This document shows positions 27,108 through 42,200 of a DNA stretch of 64,000 bases, one piece after another. Source of the DNA: Geosiphon pyriformis uo1 (Eukaryota > Fungi > Glomeromycota); contig JAAOMT010000602.1 in the NCBI GenBank assembly GCA_016748015.1, forward strand, positions 1,129,696-1,193,695, in the 5' to 3' direction. The stretch's first letter is position 1; every line of letters starts with the position of its first letter. The notes below the pieces were generated by a model. The model did no database searches. It saw only the letters and a program-made list of their open reading frames with translations, and was not told where the DNA came from. A program made the translations under genes and the position numbers.

Positions 27108-28849
27108 CTATATACATTTTTAATAATCTAAAAAAAGCTGTTTAAGTATTAATTAATTTTGTATATAAGTTAAGTAAGTATTATTGTTTTGAGTTATAGA
27201 GATTTAGTCTAAATATAAAACTAATATGAAAAAATATGAGTTGATTAATAACAATAGAGTAATGTTTGATGTATTTTATTCTTTAATGTTGAATTTATTA
27301 GATGGAATAATTAGACAAAATAATTAAACTAATTAATATTAATAAGTTATTTGGTATTAATTTTGGTTTTCATAAATTTTATTTGTTTTTTTCAGATTTG
27401 AATAGTAAAGTTGCTATTTACATAAATTATAGTGCTGTTTTAATTAGTCTAAATAATTGGTCATATGTAAAAAGAGCATAAATTATATTTAACTAGAATT
27501 CTTAGTTTTAGTTTTATATATTAAATAATAATTAAACTGTATTTATTAAGCTTAATAATAATAAAAATTATTATTAATAAAAAATTAATTATTAATTAAT
27601 ATAAAATTATTTTTATAATTATTATTGTTTCAAAATTATTAAATTCTAATTAATATTTTAAAATTAATTAGTTATTAATTTTAAGTTTAAAACCATTTTT
27701 TTTTATGTTTTTATTTATTTCAAAATTTTTTTTCTTTTTATATTATTAAGTAATTTATAATCAAGATTTTTTGTAAAAAATTTAACTTTTATTGCAAAAT
27801 AACTGCACAAATAATTGGTTATTTTATAATAGATTTATTAATATAAATAATTTAAAATATAAAAATATTTTGGAAAAAAATTAATTTATTAAAGATTTAT
27901 TAATTTTAACAATAATAAATTAACAACAAAATATTATTAACAATATTAAAAAAACCAGAATTTTTAATAATAATACTTAATAAAAATTAAACTTAATATT
28001 AAAGTAATTGATTTTTTTAATATTAAATATAAATTGTTTTAATTTAGTATTTTGATTTTCTTATAATTTCTAAATTTATAAACAAATTATAATTAATTTA
28101 TATTTATATAATAAAAATATTACATAAAAAGTTGTTTATAATAATTAAAAAATAATTATAAAATAAATTATTTTAGTATTTTATCTATTTAATATAATAA
28201 GATAAAAATATTAAATTACAGTTTTGTTTATAATATAAATTTGATTACTTATTAAAATTTATTAAATAAGTATTTTTTATTTTAGCAATTTATAATTAAT
28301 GTAAATTTAAATACTTTTTTGTTGTTTTAATTTTTAATAATATGTATTAACAATAATAATTTATATGTAAAACTTTTTATTTAAAAATTAAATTAATAAA
28401 ATCTTGTTAATTTATAATAATATAAAATTTATAAAGTTAAAATTAATCAATTTTGTTTATAAATTATAATAAATTACAAAAAACATATTTAATTATTTAA
28501 TTTTAAAGTTTAAGATTATATTAAAAAATTTTTTTATTATATATTAATGTTTTATATTTATTAATATTTGTGGTTTTTTTATTATTTTATTAAATAATAT
28601 AATACAAATACTTATTATTATAAAAAATTATGTTGTAAGTTTTGGTTTAAAAACATATTTTTTGTTTTTTTTTAAATTAAAGTATAAAAATTTTAATTAA
28701 CTTGAATAATTAATTATATGTAAAAAACATCAATTATATTTAATTTTAAATACTAAATTGTTATATTATATTAAATAATAATTAAATTTTACTTATTTTT
28801 TTTTAATGTTTAATAAGTAAGATCCAAATATTATCTAGCATAATATATC

Positions 28850-31800
28850 AAACTAAGTAATCTAAACTAGACACAAATCATGCACTTTCTACATGTAACC
28901 AGTTACTCAGATCAATCAAAGCAATACTACAAATCTATTTTAACAAACATTATATTATTAATACCAGAAAAAAACAACAGGGCTTACAAAAGCCAAAGTT
29001 AATACTAAGTGTTTTAGCAATTCCAAACAATTTAACAATTTCAACAGAAAACAAAAAAGACAAATTATGGACCTCAAGCAACAATAAATTATCACACAAG
29101 ATCAAGTCTCTTTTTTTCATAAATACCTTATACTTGGCCTAAACCAATTATATATCAGTATGATAAACTGCCATCAGGTTCTGAACAAATCTTATAATAC
29201 TTTCACTAGCAATCTCAATATTATTATAAATGGAGAAAGCTTTTACAAACCAATTTTTGAACAAAAAACTCTTATACAAAGTGGCATAAATAACATTATC
29301 AGAAGCATACATAAAAAGCATCTGCAAAACCCAAGATAAGACCAAATTCAGATCTGATAAAATATCTTACTAAACCAAATAAAATTTAAATAGGTCTTCA
29401 CAAATCCCAGCATTAAATATGTACACAAAAAAATAATCGGAATCTTTCACATTTTCACAATAAAAACACAAAACATTAGGATATTTCTTATTATAAAGAT
29501 GTTTTCAAATAGCAACTGGCAGATGATAGTACAAAGCTTTCATAAAATACAAATGCAAACCAGTTATAAACTTACTTATGTAATTAGCAACCATGTGTAA
29601 ATCAAGATACCAGACTAAAGCAGTATGAATCCAATTTACATTACCAGCCATGTTTTTGTTAATAATATTAGAGCCAAGTCCAATCTCTCAACATGTATAA
29701 TAAACAGCCCTAAAAATCTCATAAGCAAAATAATAAATGTTTCCAAACATTGCCATCTCACCAGTTCTAATAAACCTAATCTTGATTAGAACAGAAGGCA
29801 CAAAATCTGAACCAATAGCCAAACCAGCCAGTTTATCAGCATGCTTATTACCCAAAACACTTGAATATTCTTTAATCTTATACCAAAAAACATTGAGTCT
29901 CTTATTTCTAATAAACAATACTATACTATGTTATTCTATCCAACAACAATTATGAAAGTCTAACAAAGCCAAAACTGAGTCAGCAGCACAAATATCCAAA
30001 GCAGTTTGACTGTCCAAATACACTGCAACAGAACTGCCAAAAAGAACACACTCCAAAGCCAAAACAATTGTCTGTAATTTCACTATTATAGAAGACACCA
30101 ACTTATTAACTCCAATGCTAATACCCAAATTCAAATTAGAGAAATATGTGGCTGTGCCATATTTTATTTTATGTGTACTTAAATTTCTCAAGAATTTATC
30201 TGTATAAACACTAATGACATTTAGACCAGTAGTAGAAAAACATTGCTTCAACTTAGAAACACTACCAAAATCACAAATATCTAAAAACTGGGAGCCAACA
30301 GCAAGTAAACCAATAAAAAGTAAGAACCCGACCAAAAAATTACATGCTAAAATAAACTAACAAGGGATTGGGCCTCTTGAATCAAGTTTTTTCCAATGAT
30401 GAAAGCTCTTCCAATCAAAGATTAAACCCTTTTTATTGTACAACTGGTCAATAAAAGTGACCCCAAATTTTTTGAGTGAATGTAACACATTATAAAACAT
30501 AGAATTTCTCAGAACAAAAGACATCAGAGTGCCACCAGAAAAATAAAAAATAGACAGAAAAAAATTGTTAAAAGACATATCACAATCCAAAAACAGTCTA
30601 ACTATATCAGCCAAAAAATTATCAGCCAGACTAACATGTAACTTCACAGAGTAACACAAAGGGTAAATGGGTAACCAACTCAAAACCTGCAGCTTCAAAG
30701 ACCTATGACTAAACAAATAACTAATAAGTCCATCAGCATTTAAAAAACTCAACACAGAAACCACCTTGCACTTAATCTGCAACTGCTTAAATGACTTTAA
30801 GTCATACAATAAAGAATAGTAAAGAGCCTCATTGGGAAAATCCTTCAGCAGACTAGCATTTAACTTTAAATCTTTTTTAATCAACATATCTCACTTAATA
30901 CACACATTCTTAAAAATGAAACTAAACTGAGTTTTGTAACTGACTATTGGTTGCAACACAGCCAAGACCAAATAAAAAAATTGTTTATCTTAAATAGTTT
31001 TTTTCAAAACCAAATTGTCAAAAAACCTGATATCTAAGTAAGCTTTTATCAAACTAGATTTGAACAAATCCTCAAAAGACAAAAAAATGCTAAAATATCT
31101 ATAATACTTTTTCTTATAAGTAACAGAAATTGGCAAACTACTTATCAACAATAAAGCATTCTTAATCTTTTAATTGATAGAGATAGCAACCATTTTCTTA
31201 TTATTAATTGAAATATTATTAATCTTGAAAAGCTGTTTGCAATATCCAAAATATACTAAGTAGTTGTCTAACTGCTTCTAATCCAAATTGTGTCATCAAT
31301 AAAGACACTAGCTACAAAAAATAAAGTCATTCCATTTTGAATCTTCAGTCTGCCTGTTTTGGCAATAAATTTAGTATCAATATAATAGTTGTACAAGCTT
31401 TCTTATCATTTAATCTTACACAATAAGAGATCATAAAAAATTCTTTAGAGTAAAAGAAAGAAACCTTGCTCTGGTCCAGACCATTATGTATATAGTATTC
31501 CTCTGTTAAATCATAATCAGTCAAATCCAGTTAATTCTATTGTTATGAATGTCCTCAAAAAATCAGATAAACTGCTCACATATCTTGATCTGAACCAAAC
31601 TATTTCTTAAATGTTGTCATCCTACTGAATTATAAGTTTTCTGCATATTCTGCAAGATTAACTAGAGTTTTCAGCTTTTTTTCAAAGTATTTTTAACCAC
31701 TAAACCAACAACAAAGATAGGAGACTGGGTCATAATTCTTTTCAGCACAGAGAAATTGTTACCACAGAGAATGTTAAATTTACTACAAACCAGAGAAATT

Positions 31801-34800
31801 CTATTGGAAAACAACTTAGAAAAAACTTTGCAAGTGGTCTCAATTAACATGATCAGTTTAGTATTAGTCAAAACACTTTTTTATTCATATAGTTTAGGAA
31901 TTATTAACACCCAAGCTTCTTTCCATAGGTGAGAAACAGACTTATATACCAAACACAGATTTAAGATATCTAAAAGCATAACAAGCACCAAATCATTATC
32001 ATGCTTCTACAATTCATTCATGATACCAAACAAACCAGCAGTCTTTTTATTGGGTAGATTTTTGATTACATACACCAAGTCAACAAAACTAACAGGAACT
32101 ATGACCTTAGAGAAAGCATTATTTTTGACATAAGACAATAGTAAATATTGATATTGTTACAAATTAGAAACACAATTCAACACAATTTTTTTCATTATTT
32201 AGCCTTTTATAATTACATTAACTTTGAATTTAATCTTACCAAAATTCAGAACCAATTTATCATTAAAAACCAAATGATTTAACACTATCTTTCAGAAAAA
32301 ACATTTCAATACACTCCTAATTGTGTGGTTTTTATTAACCACAAAACTCTTTATCTGTTTCTCAATAGCAGACCTAATGCTTGACTTCTCTGCTCTCAAC
32401 AATTTAGCAAGTTTGGAGACATGATAAGACTTTCTCACATTAAAGAAAGCAGAATACATATGATCATAATTTACATCAGAGTCCACAAGATCTTGAATAA
32501 TTAAAGCCTTAATACTGTCTAAAAAAACCCAGCAATTTATAAAAAAAATGAATTTGACAACATCTTTCTCATGAGAGGTCTTAACAATTTTCAAAACCAA
32601 AAGTTCTAGTTTATAAAATCTAGAAGATTTTTTGGTAAAAACATTATCAAAATCCCTAAACCATTTTTTCTTGAATATCTTATTAGCCAAAAGAGTTATT
32701 ATTTTGCAAACAATATTCTATATTGCATCCAGATCTAAGAACTTTTTAGAAGTAGAAAACTCATTAGAAAACATCATAGTATTGGCTGTCATAGTATTTT
32801 TAAAATTGTTCTATTTTGCCTTATCAGTATCTTTAAAATCAAACTTCTAATGATCTCTATTTGCTTGCTTGTAAAGAAAGTTTAACTGCATATCCAATAA
32901 TCCACCCAAACTCACTGATACAGAAACAGTCCAATGATTAGTGTTAAAGTATTTACTAACATTCATAATATCACAATTCACTACTGTGTTAACCAAATTC
33001 AAAGAAATGAACACATAATCAATTGTTTTTTCAGCACTTCTCAAATTTTTCTATATAAGACTTTTCACAATTGAACTTCTCAATAAAAAATTAATCAACT
33101 CTAAATTAAAGCACTTCTTAAAGCTAGCATATTTGCATAAATTGTCTTTATTGAAGTTATTGTTCAAGACAACAAAAAAAAATTCACTCACAGCTTTTGC
33201 AATTAAAAAATTAATATTATTAGTCTGAAAAAAATACACAGCCAGTATTGCATCAGCATATAGTCCCAGAATTGAAACAGACAGTTTATTTCTGAATAGC
33301 AACTTGATAGAAAAAAAATGACCAGGAACTTTAAAAACTTTATACACATACTTGGCCAAAACAATATTCATAATAATTGCAATGCCAGAATTCAAGTAAT
33401 CAGAGTACAAACCAGAAACAAACACCCAAATACCACTAAACTTATCAGCAATCTAAGGATGAACTTTTCCTTTCAGCTTTGTTTTAATAATAATCAAGAT
33501 CAAATTATTCATGTTCTTGTGTTAACAAACAATATCTTTTTGTTTTACAAGATTGTTTATACTTCAAGCATTGTATGTAGCAATCTTCTAAATTAAATCA
33601 CTTATTGAGATGAAGAAAAAACCAAAAAACTCAAGCCAACACACAACTGATCTAACTTCACTAGAACTAAACCAATAGAGGCCTTAAGAGCCACTAATTT
33701 AGACTTCAAACACTCCACTTTAGTAGTTAAAACTTTTAAGCTACTTGGATCCAATATTGAAACATCAGAAAAAACAGAAAAAACAGAAGAAAAAAATAGA
33801 AGCAATAACTCAGAACAATTCACAATTATATTCAAACTCAAATTCAAACTGGTAATAATTGAGGTATCCAACACTTGAGAGAAAAAGAGTAAAGCCAATG
33901 GCACTAATTCTATGTTGCTGAGTTTGTACACAATGCCAGAGACTTGATTAGTCAAGAGCTCTAAGGAGCATTTCAGAGAGACCAAATAAGTGTTCAAAGA
34001 TAAGTCATCAGATGAAATAAGAGAAAAACTATCATCTAAATCTGAAGCACCAGAAAAAAAAGAACCAAAACCAGAACTGAAATAAAGACCACCAGAAAAA
34101 CCAGCAAGCAAGACCACTTAGGCCCAAAATTTGCTACCAAAGGCAGTAAAACAAAAAATTGAAACACTTTTCTTTTTATACAACTTGGCAAGCTGGAGAC
34201 AGATTTCTTTAAAAGCAACTCTTTTATAAGATTTTTTTGAAAATAACAGAACAAAAACACCCAAAAAATTACACTCAAGAGCTGAATAATCAAAATGCCC
34301 ACACTTTTCACAATAAACCAAATCCATCCTAACCCAAAAGAACTTTACTCTGCCAAAAATTGGCTTTATGCAAAAAGCAGATTCCAATTTTTTATCAAAG
34401 TCAAAGCCAACTATAGCACAGCAAATCTTATTGCCAGTTTTCAAAAATCAATTTATAATGCACATTTTTCTATTAGCTCCTTTTAAAAAAGTTCCAAGAT
34501 TGTGAACAGTTGTTTTTATAGCAAGGTAAATAAAAGTGCTCTAAATCAATTTCTTAACATCTAGATATCACAATTTTTCACAATTTTGGTTATATGCACT
34601 GAATCTTTTCCAATTAAGAATAATTACCTGGCTACCAATTGATCTGCCTGACTCAATTTAGCAAATTTCACCAAAGTTTTCTGTTACAGTTTAATAAGTT
34701 GTAATTAAATTAATACTGCTTTACCAAACTCAGACAAAGCAGTAACAATCATTTTTTTTGGCATATCCATGAAAATTTTTATTATTATTATGGCTTAATT

Positions 34801-35560
34801 TGAATGAATTCCTTGTTTTTTAATATTGGCATTTATGTTAATTCTCTTTTTTCTGGCCAATAAAGTGGCTCTTTTTATGATTTTCTCTAAAGTAAAGATA
34901 GATTAGATGATCCTTTCAAATTTTAAGAAGGTAGTGGTCCTCCCAAAACCATTAACTGATGAGAATAATTTTCTAACAACTTGAGTTTTTGCCATAACAA
35001 ATTTCTTTTTTACAACACTAACATTAATATCAAGAACAAAAGATTTTTTGATAAACACTTTAACTTAAGTTTTGATAATTTTCAGATCAACTCATTTTTT
35101 GTCGAAAAATATCTTAAAAGAAAAAAAAAAGTCTATTATCTTTATCTATACTATAATTGATTAAGCTAAGAAAGGAATTACAAACCAGATCAGTATTAAT
35201 TTTTTTAACTTTAGGAGTATTTGCCATCAAATTATAAAGAGAACTATTGTCAACACTAAATATAATATTATCATCTTTATTATTACCAAATATACTGTTT
35301 ATATTTAAATATATACCATCACTAGAACTTAATTTGGTTAAGAAAATATTTCTTTTGTTTTTAGAATACTTGATATTATCAACTAAAATCTTTTTCTTTT
35401 GGAAAAAAAAACTCTCAACAGGACCATAAAAAATCTCTTTAGGTGACTTTTTTTTAGACATAATACTGTTAGAAGCAGCAGCCAGATTTACCACAAAAGA
35501 ATTATTTGATTGAAAAATGTTTACAAGAAATAGCAAGAAAAAATAAAAACTTTTTTTTTG
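28850..35560 (-). mobile_element. Near full-length degenerate LINE (ORF1 + APE-RT-RNase H-Zn finger ORF2)
   Basis: ORF1 zinc knuckle CEKCGHFDYSALEC; endonuclease motifs IATYN, IDYVF; RT motifs QNMQKTYNSVG, VFIDDTIWI; RNase H VYTD..VYLDSQ..HADKLA; C-terminal CxxC. Many stops and frameshifts; no LTRs. Confidence 0.85.
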
Positions 35561-36481
35561 AAAATTTTGTTTTTTGAGGAATTTAAAAAGTAAGAAAGAA
35601 AGAAGTTTTATATTAAAAACAAATTTAATGTTAAAATAAAATTTGAATTTTTTTTTATAATTAATAAAACCAACTTTTTTTTAAAAATTGTATTTTAAAT
35701 AATAATATGTTTAATAAAATGAGTTTTATTATAAAAAAAATTAATTTTAAATGTTTAATACTTTTTAAAAATTGTTTAATTTTAAAAAATTAAAATAATT
35801 AAGTAAATTTGTCTTTAAAATTAAAATTTTAAATTATATTATATGTTAAATAAATAATTTAAGATTGTTTTTTCTGTATATAAAAGCTTAGTATAAGTTT
35901 AATTTAACTTAAATTGGCCAATTATATATAAAAAATACATAATTCAAATATATTGTTACGAGTTGGAATAACAAGTTAACGGATAGCAAGGGAGAACAGT
36001 ATTGTATGGTGATAGAAATAAACAAAGAGGGAATTACAATAAGAGAGCAAATTGAATGAGTAAGGATTCAATGTGTGTAATCAGTCTCATAAAAATAACA
36101 GTTGCTAATCTTTTCTTAAATCTGAAGGTAAAGAAATAGTCTGTGATTGTCAACAAGATAACACTGCTGCTATTATTCTATGTCTCAACTTGGCAATTCT
36201 TAGAATCAATAACAGGTATTGTTGTGCTTTTTAATCATTTCTTTATTCAATAAATTACAAGAGCAAGCCAATTGCTTCTCAGGCTAATTCTAACAAATAC
36301 AAATCAAGAAGGGGAAAAGATAAGGTATGTGAATGCCAACAAGTAGATACTTGAAGATAAGGAAAGGGAAATAAGTGATATGAAAGGAAGTAATTGATAT
36401 TGTTTTATTTCGTTACTTTGATCATGTCTTTCTACAGCTAAGGGAATCATCACTTATATAGCTATCTAAAGTGGTCAATGA

Positions 36482-37356
36482 TGTTATGGGATGGTTTTCT
36501 TGTTATATTTAATTGCTGATATCCCATTTTAATTGCAATCAGTCTTTCGTGAGTTCCTCAATTCTATTTGTGTGATAATGTCACTGTTATACTGAAGGCT
36601 TTTTTTTTAATGTTGCGATGTAAGTTATTCTTCAATTCCTGATTGTTGTGTGTATTTATGTACTCCTTCTCAGAGGCTGAACTGAAATCTACCCACTGTC
36701 TGGGGTCTTCTCTGAGGCTATTCTTGCAATTGCCTGATGTGTTTCTCTAATTTAGAAACACAGAATGTTAATGGTCTTTAGCGTTTTTTCTAATTCTTAC
36801 AATAAAGCTTTTATCAATTAGTAACAACATGAATAATCTTGATCAAAGATTATTCTTCCAAGAGATTCAGTTGATGAATAATAGTTTTATTCAATAAATA
36901 ATACAAGTAAGTTTCTTAATACTTTGGGTTGTGATAATTCAGTTTTAAATATTCTTTTTTCATTTCTTTTTGATTTAAAGGTTTCTTGAGATATTTAATT
37001 TGGAAGTATGATTTAAAGTGAAGTTTGTTGGATAAAATTGGATCTATTGCTTGATAAGTTATGATTTTTATTACTTGATTTTTTTTCCCAATATTAAAAC
37101 TACTGTATATATACATGTTTGTAGTTCTATGAGAAAACACATTGTAATACTTTCTTTTTGATATTTCAGCTTGGTGTTTGCTGCTATTACCAGTTGGTAT
37201 TGGCTGCTATTGTAAACTGGTGCTTGCCACTATCGCGAGATGGTATTTGCTACTATGTTAATCATTATCTTTCTAAGATTATTACTGCACTATATTATGA
37301 TTGAATAGTTTGTATTATTTTTATGATTCTTTTTGCTAAATTCTTAAACCGTAACA
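36482..37356. repeat. Solo LTR, family C, inserted in the 3' LTR of family B, TSD ATGA
   Basis: TGTTATGG...CCGTAACA flanked by ATGA; absent from the partner LTR at ~45355. Confidence 0.9.
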
Positions 37357-37479
37357 ATGATCAGGTTAATGATTAGGTCAATGATCAGGTCAACAGTTAG
37401 GTCATTAATCAGGTCAATGATCACTATCTAAAAATAGGGTGGCTAATTATATGACATCAGTGGTTAATACATGTGATAA

Positions 37480-38100
37480 CTAATAAAAACTATGGGTTTC
37501 AATCATAACATCATTTTCTCTAAAGAGATTGAGCTCCGGCAAAATCAAGCTATTTATAGGATAGTCTATGTGAAGAATTTTGTCTAACTCAAAACTAACT
37601 AGTTTGTTGAAGTCTTTTGTGGATAAGATATATAATACTTAAGGTGAAATAAGTTTTGTATCCAAGAGACCAAATCTTTGTATAAGAATTCTGGCTTTTT
37701 TAGCAATGATCAAAACTCTTGGGACATCTAATCGTATAATGCCCAAAATTTCCACTTGTATTTCTGAAGTTGTTTTCTTCATGAGCTTCATGTCTTCTAT
37801 GATTTCATCAAGATGACCATAGAGTTCTAGTTGTCTTCCATATGACAAGTTTTTGTCTATGGACAAGATTTTTTGTATCGTTTTTCCAATTGTGCTGGAA
37901 GGTGAAAGTATCACTGCTGTTATGCTTTCCAGCAGATATTTATCCAATTTGCCACCAATTCTTTCCCTTCTGGTAGTTGTTTTCTTTGGTCTGATAACAG
38001 TGTGAGTTCCACTGTTGTCTGTTATGGTGGTTTGTTTTCCGATAGTCAGAGTAGCATTTGGATAGTTCTTAATTCAGTACTCATGGAGAGTATAGAAAGC
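37480..38100 (-). pseudogene. Extra 3' ORF of family B (unknown function)
   Basis: ORF 37639..37947 plus its continuation past a stop through the PPT into the LTR. The same ORF appears at 23270..24501 in the older copy. Confidence 0.6.
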
Positions 38101-38199
38101 ATTTTGAATGTTTTGATCTAGGAAATAATTGTTCATATCAATTAAAGATACCTCTGTTTTGGGAATAGTGCATTTATTTATATCTGATTTTTGTTGATC

Positions 38200-41100
38200 A
38201 TTTGGGTCGGTATTACCACAACAGGTAACCAATCAGGTCGTTTGTAATATTTCTTGAGTTGCATGCCATGAACAGAGTGATCACTGAATATTGTTTCATA
38301 TTAATCTTGTAGGATATATGAACCATTGTTCAAAACTTTGTTGACTATAAAAGGTTCTTTCCAGTGGCTGGAGAATTTATCACCATAGACATTGTTTCTG
38401 TCTGAATGGTATTCCAAAACTAAGTCACCAACACTTAAAGAAAGTGTTTTATAGGTCTTTTTCTTTTTGAGCTTCTCTTGGAACTGTTTTATCTTTTTAA
38501 AGGCAATTATCCATGCTTTTATCAATGAGTCAAGAATGGTACCAAGTCTTCTTTGCAAAATGTTCTTGTAATCTCCTATTGTTATTTCTTTAAAAGGTAT
38601 TGTTTCTATATCTATTTCTATTGGTAGAGTTGCCATTCGTCCATAAAGCAGATAAAAGGGTTCATAACTTGTTATGTCATGATTTACAGTTCTGTAGGTG
38701 AATAAAGCTGAAGGCAATACTTTGTTTCATAGATTGGTTTCTTCACTGGTTTTGGCTAGAGTTTCACATAGTGTTCTATTGAAATGTTCTACTAGGCCAT
38801 TTGTTTGGGGGTGATAAGAGGAAGAGAGTTTATGACGTATTCCCATTTTTCTGCAAAGTTCTTCAACCAGTGTACTGAAAAAAGCTCTTCCTTTATCAGA
38901 TAAAAGTTCTTTGGAGCAGCCATAGTAACAGATAATATCTTTATAAATGAAATTGGCAATTGAGACTGCTGTTTGATCTGGGGTGGCTCTTGCTTCTACC
39001 CACTTTGTAAGATAGTTGGTAGTTGTAATAATATATCTGTTGCCATTAGAAGTTACTGTTAAAGATCCAACAACATCTATACCAATTCTGTCAAATGGTT
39101 GACCAACAGATATTGGATAGATATCTTCCTTGCGATTGGGTTTTCCTTTTCTTTGGCAGATATCACAGGTTTTGATGTATTCAGCAATGTCTTTTCCCAA
39201 GATAGACCAATAATAACAAGCTAAAGTTTTTTGAATCGTTTTTGTTTTTCCAAAGTGTCCTGCTAATGGATCAGTGTGCATATTGTAGATCACAATTTCT
39301 CTTTCTTCAAATCTGATGACTCTCTGGGGGCGGTCAGAATCTTTTCTATTTCTTTTATATAACTGGTTCTGGCGAATTAAATAGAAATTTGATTGTTTGC
39401 GCAAATGTTCTCTTTGCTGTTGAGTATAGTCTGGTGGGTATTGTCCTTTACCCAAAAATTCTATTAAGGCAGAGTAGTTGTCCAAGTCCATTATTGTGTT
39501 TGTTTGTGGGGGAGTTACAAATAATTAAGTTGGTTTGGTTTGAGAGGGTTTTACTATCACTGGATGGTAAGTCTGGAGAGAGCATCGGTGTTTTGATAAT
39601 TAGCTCCTTTGTAGTGTTGAATGTCATAGTCGAATTCATCCAAGTAGAGTATCCAGCGAATTATCCGTTTATGTTCCAGGTTTCTTTTGTTGCATAGCCA
39701 AACCAAAGCTTGGTAATCTGTTATTACCAAAAATTTCACACCCTTAAGATATTTGTCCCAGTAGCTGGTAGCCCAAACTACTGCTAAGCATTCTTACTTA
39801 GTAACTGAGTAGTTCCTTTCTGCTGGTGTAAGAGTTCTACTGACATATGCTACGGCATGTTCTCTGCCATCTTTGTCTTTCTGGGAAAGAACAGCACCAA
39901 GTCCATAGCCAGATACATCAGTATAGAGGAAAAAAGGTTGATCCAGATTAGGTTGCATGAGGATGGGTTCTGTAACCAGTTTTTCCTTCAGAATTTCAAA
40001 TGCTTTTTGTTGATGAATGCTCCAGTGATAATTAATGTTTTTTCTAAGTAGCTGATTGAAAGGAGCAGCAATTTTAGAGAAATTTTTGACAAACTTGTGA
40101 TAATAAGAGGCCAAACCAAGAAAAGAGCATAGTTCATGAACATTTATTGGTTGTCTAATGTTTTGAACTTTTTCAATTTTGGCTGGATCAGGGAAGATTC
40201 CATCTTTTGTAATAAGATGGTCAAGGAACTGAGTAGATTGACGTCCAAAGAATGATTTGATTGGATTGATCTTGAGACCAGCATTTTTAAGAAGGTCAAA
40301 AACCTTTTGCAAATGTTTAAGATGTTCATCCCAGGTTTTTGAATATACCATTATGTCATCCAAGTAGACTAGAACAAAGTTTTCTTTTACTGATTCAAAT
40401 ACTTTGTCCATTAAGTGTTGAAAGGTGAGAGGAGCATTTGTGAGACCAAAAGACATGACTGTAAATTTGTAGGTGCCATACTTGGTAATGAAGGCAGTTT
40501 TCTTTCTGCTTTCTGGATCCATTTCTACTTGCCAGAATTCAGCAGTTAAGTCAATAGTTGAGAAGAAAGCAGCACCATGGAATTGGTTTAGCATTGTATT
40601 AATCTTGGGAAGTGGGTACATGTCTCTTTTAGTAATGGCATTTAATTGGCGATAGTCAACACAAAAGCATAAGGTTCCTCCTTTCTTGGATACCACTACA
40701 ACTGAAAATGCCCATTCACTTTTGGTTTCCTGTATGAATCCAAGGTTTTTCATTCAAGTTATTTTCTTTTTGATAAACTCATCATTGTGCCAGTTGGATT
40801 GATAGGGCTTCAAATGGATGAGGCGAGTTTCTCTGGTGATGATGGTGTATTGTATCACATGTGTATGTCCAGGAGGTTCACCTTCTTTTGAGATAACTGG
40901 GCTGTTTTTAGCCAGCAGGTTTTCAATGTCTATCTTTCTTTCTTCTGAAGAGGGTTCTCTTTGTTCTACAACCAGTGATTGGATTTCAGGTGGTTCGTTT
41001 TCAAAGAACTTTTGAATTTCTTTTATTTCCTTTCAGGGTATCACGCTGATTGGTTCCCAATCTTTGTAATAGATCAGGCAGGACATGTATTTATTGCTAG

Positions 41101-42200
41101 GAGAATACAATGGTTTGTCGCACCAGTACCGGGCACAAGGACCATGCCACCAATAACTGTATTTGGCTTTCTTGCCTGGCTTTTTGTCAAAGGTTCTTCT
41201 GAGCATGTTATAATAAGGCCAGCAGATCAGCTTGCTATTGACAATAATTCCTTCTTTATCTGTCTTGACATTATCTAGTGGTTTGCCATTGCTGGTGAAG
41301 ATGGTATAGGCAAGTTTAGCAGTTTCTTTTTGTTCTTTTTGTTCTTCTTCTTCCTCACTTTCTTCATTATCTGATTCGTCTGATTCATTTTCTTCTGGGC
41401 TCTGCTTGGGTACTGGGAGAGTTGTCCAATGGCAACACTTAACCACAATGGGTTTCTCACCACATCTGATGGTTAGTTCACAGAGTTTATAATCAAGCAA
41501 AGCTTTTGCTTTCTTGAGCCATTCATTGCCAACAATAATGGTGTATTCTTTCACTTCAGATACTTTCATATCAGTTTCAATGCTGATGCCATTGATGTGG
41601 ACAGGAATAGCTTTGGCTATGCCAAGCCCTTTCTTCTTATCACTATGCACATTGGTCATTGGTTGTGTGAATAGTTCATCAATTTTTCTGTTAATTGCTT
41701 CAAAAAAGTGTTTAGCAATAACACTAACAGATAATCCACTGTCTAGGATCAAATTGATGAAGTAGCCAGCCACTTGGGCTTTGCAAATTAGAGAAGTGAC
41801 ATTGCTATTGTCAGCAAGTTCAGCTTGGTGAGGGCGATTGTTGGTTTTGGGTGTCTTTTTCTTTAGAATCAGAGATTTGCGAAGATCTTTTCTGAATTGT
41901 AGATGAGTCATCAATTGACTAAAGATTATATGTGCTGGGGTTTCCATGAGGTCTTTGACAACAGAATAGGGGCCGGATTTTTGTACTATTTCTGGGGGTT
42001 CCAACTTTGGAGGGTTTTTGAAAACTTTGGCTTTTGGGGGCTCATTGTTGTCAGTAGTTGATGTAAAAGCTTTATTGGGGTCCAGAACAAAATCAACTTT
42101 GGCTTTCTTCTTCTTTCTTGTGGATTCAGAGGGGTTGATTGCTAGTTCATCCATGTCATGGTCATCATTAGTTAAGTTAAAAGTGTAAAAGAGGTTTTCT
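38200..42200 (-). pseudogene. pol of family B (protease, RT, RNase H, integrase) with a few stops
   Basis: ORFs 41033..42154, 39794..40753, 38727..39491 and 38301..38717 carry canonical motifs (HHCC, DKG, YHPQTNGLVE). Confidence 0.93.

Noticed and set aside
26400-28850. Centromere or origin in the extremely AT-rich tracts (also 11480-12720 and 16050-16900)
   Set aside because: No specific motif; parts are recognisably decayed TE sequence.
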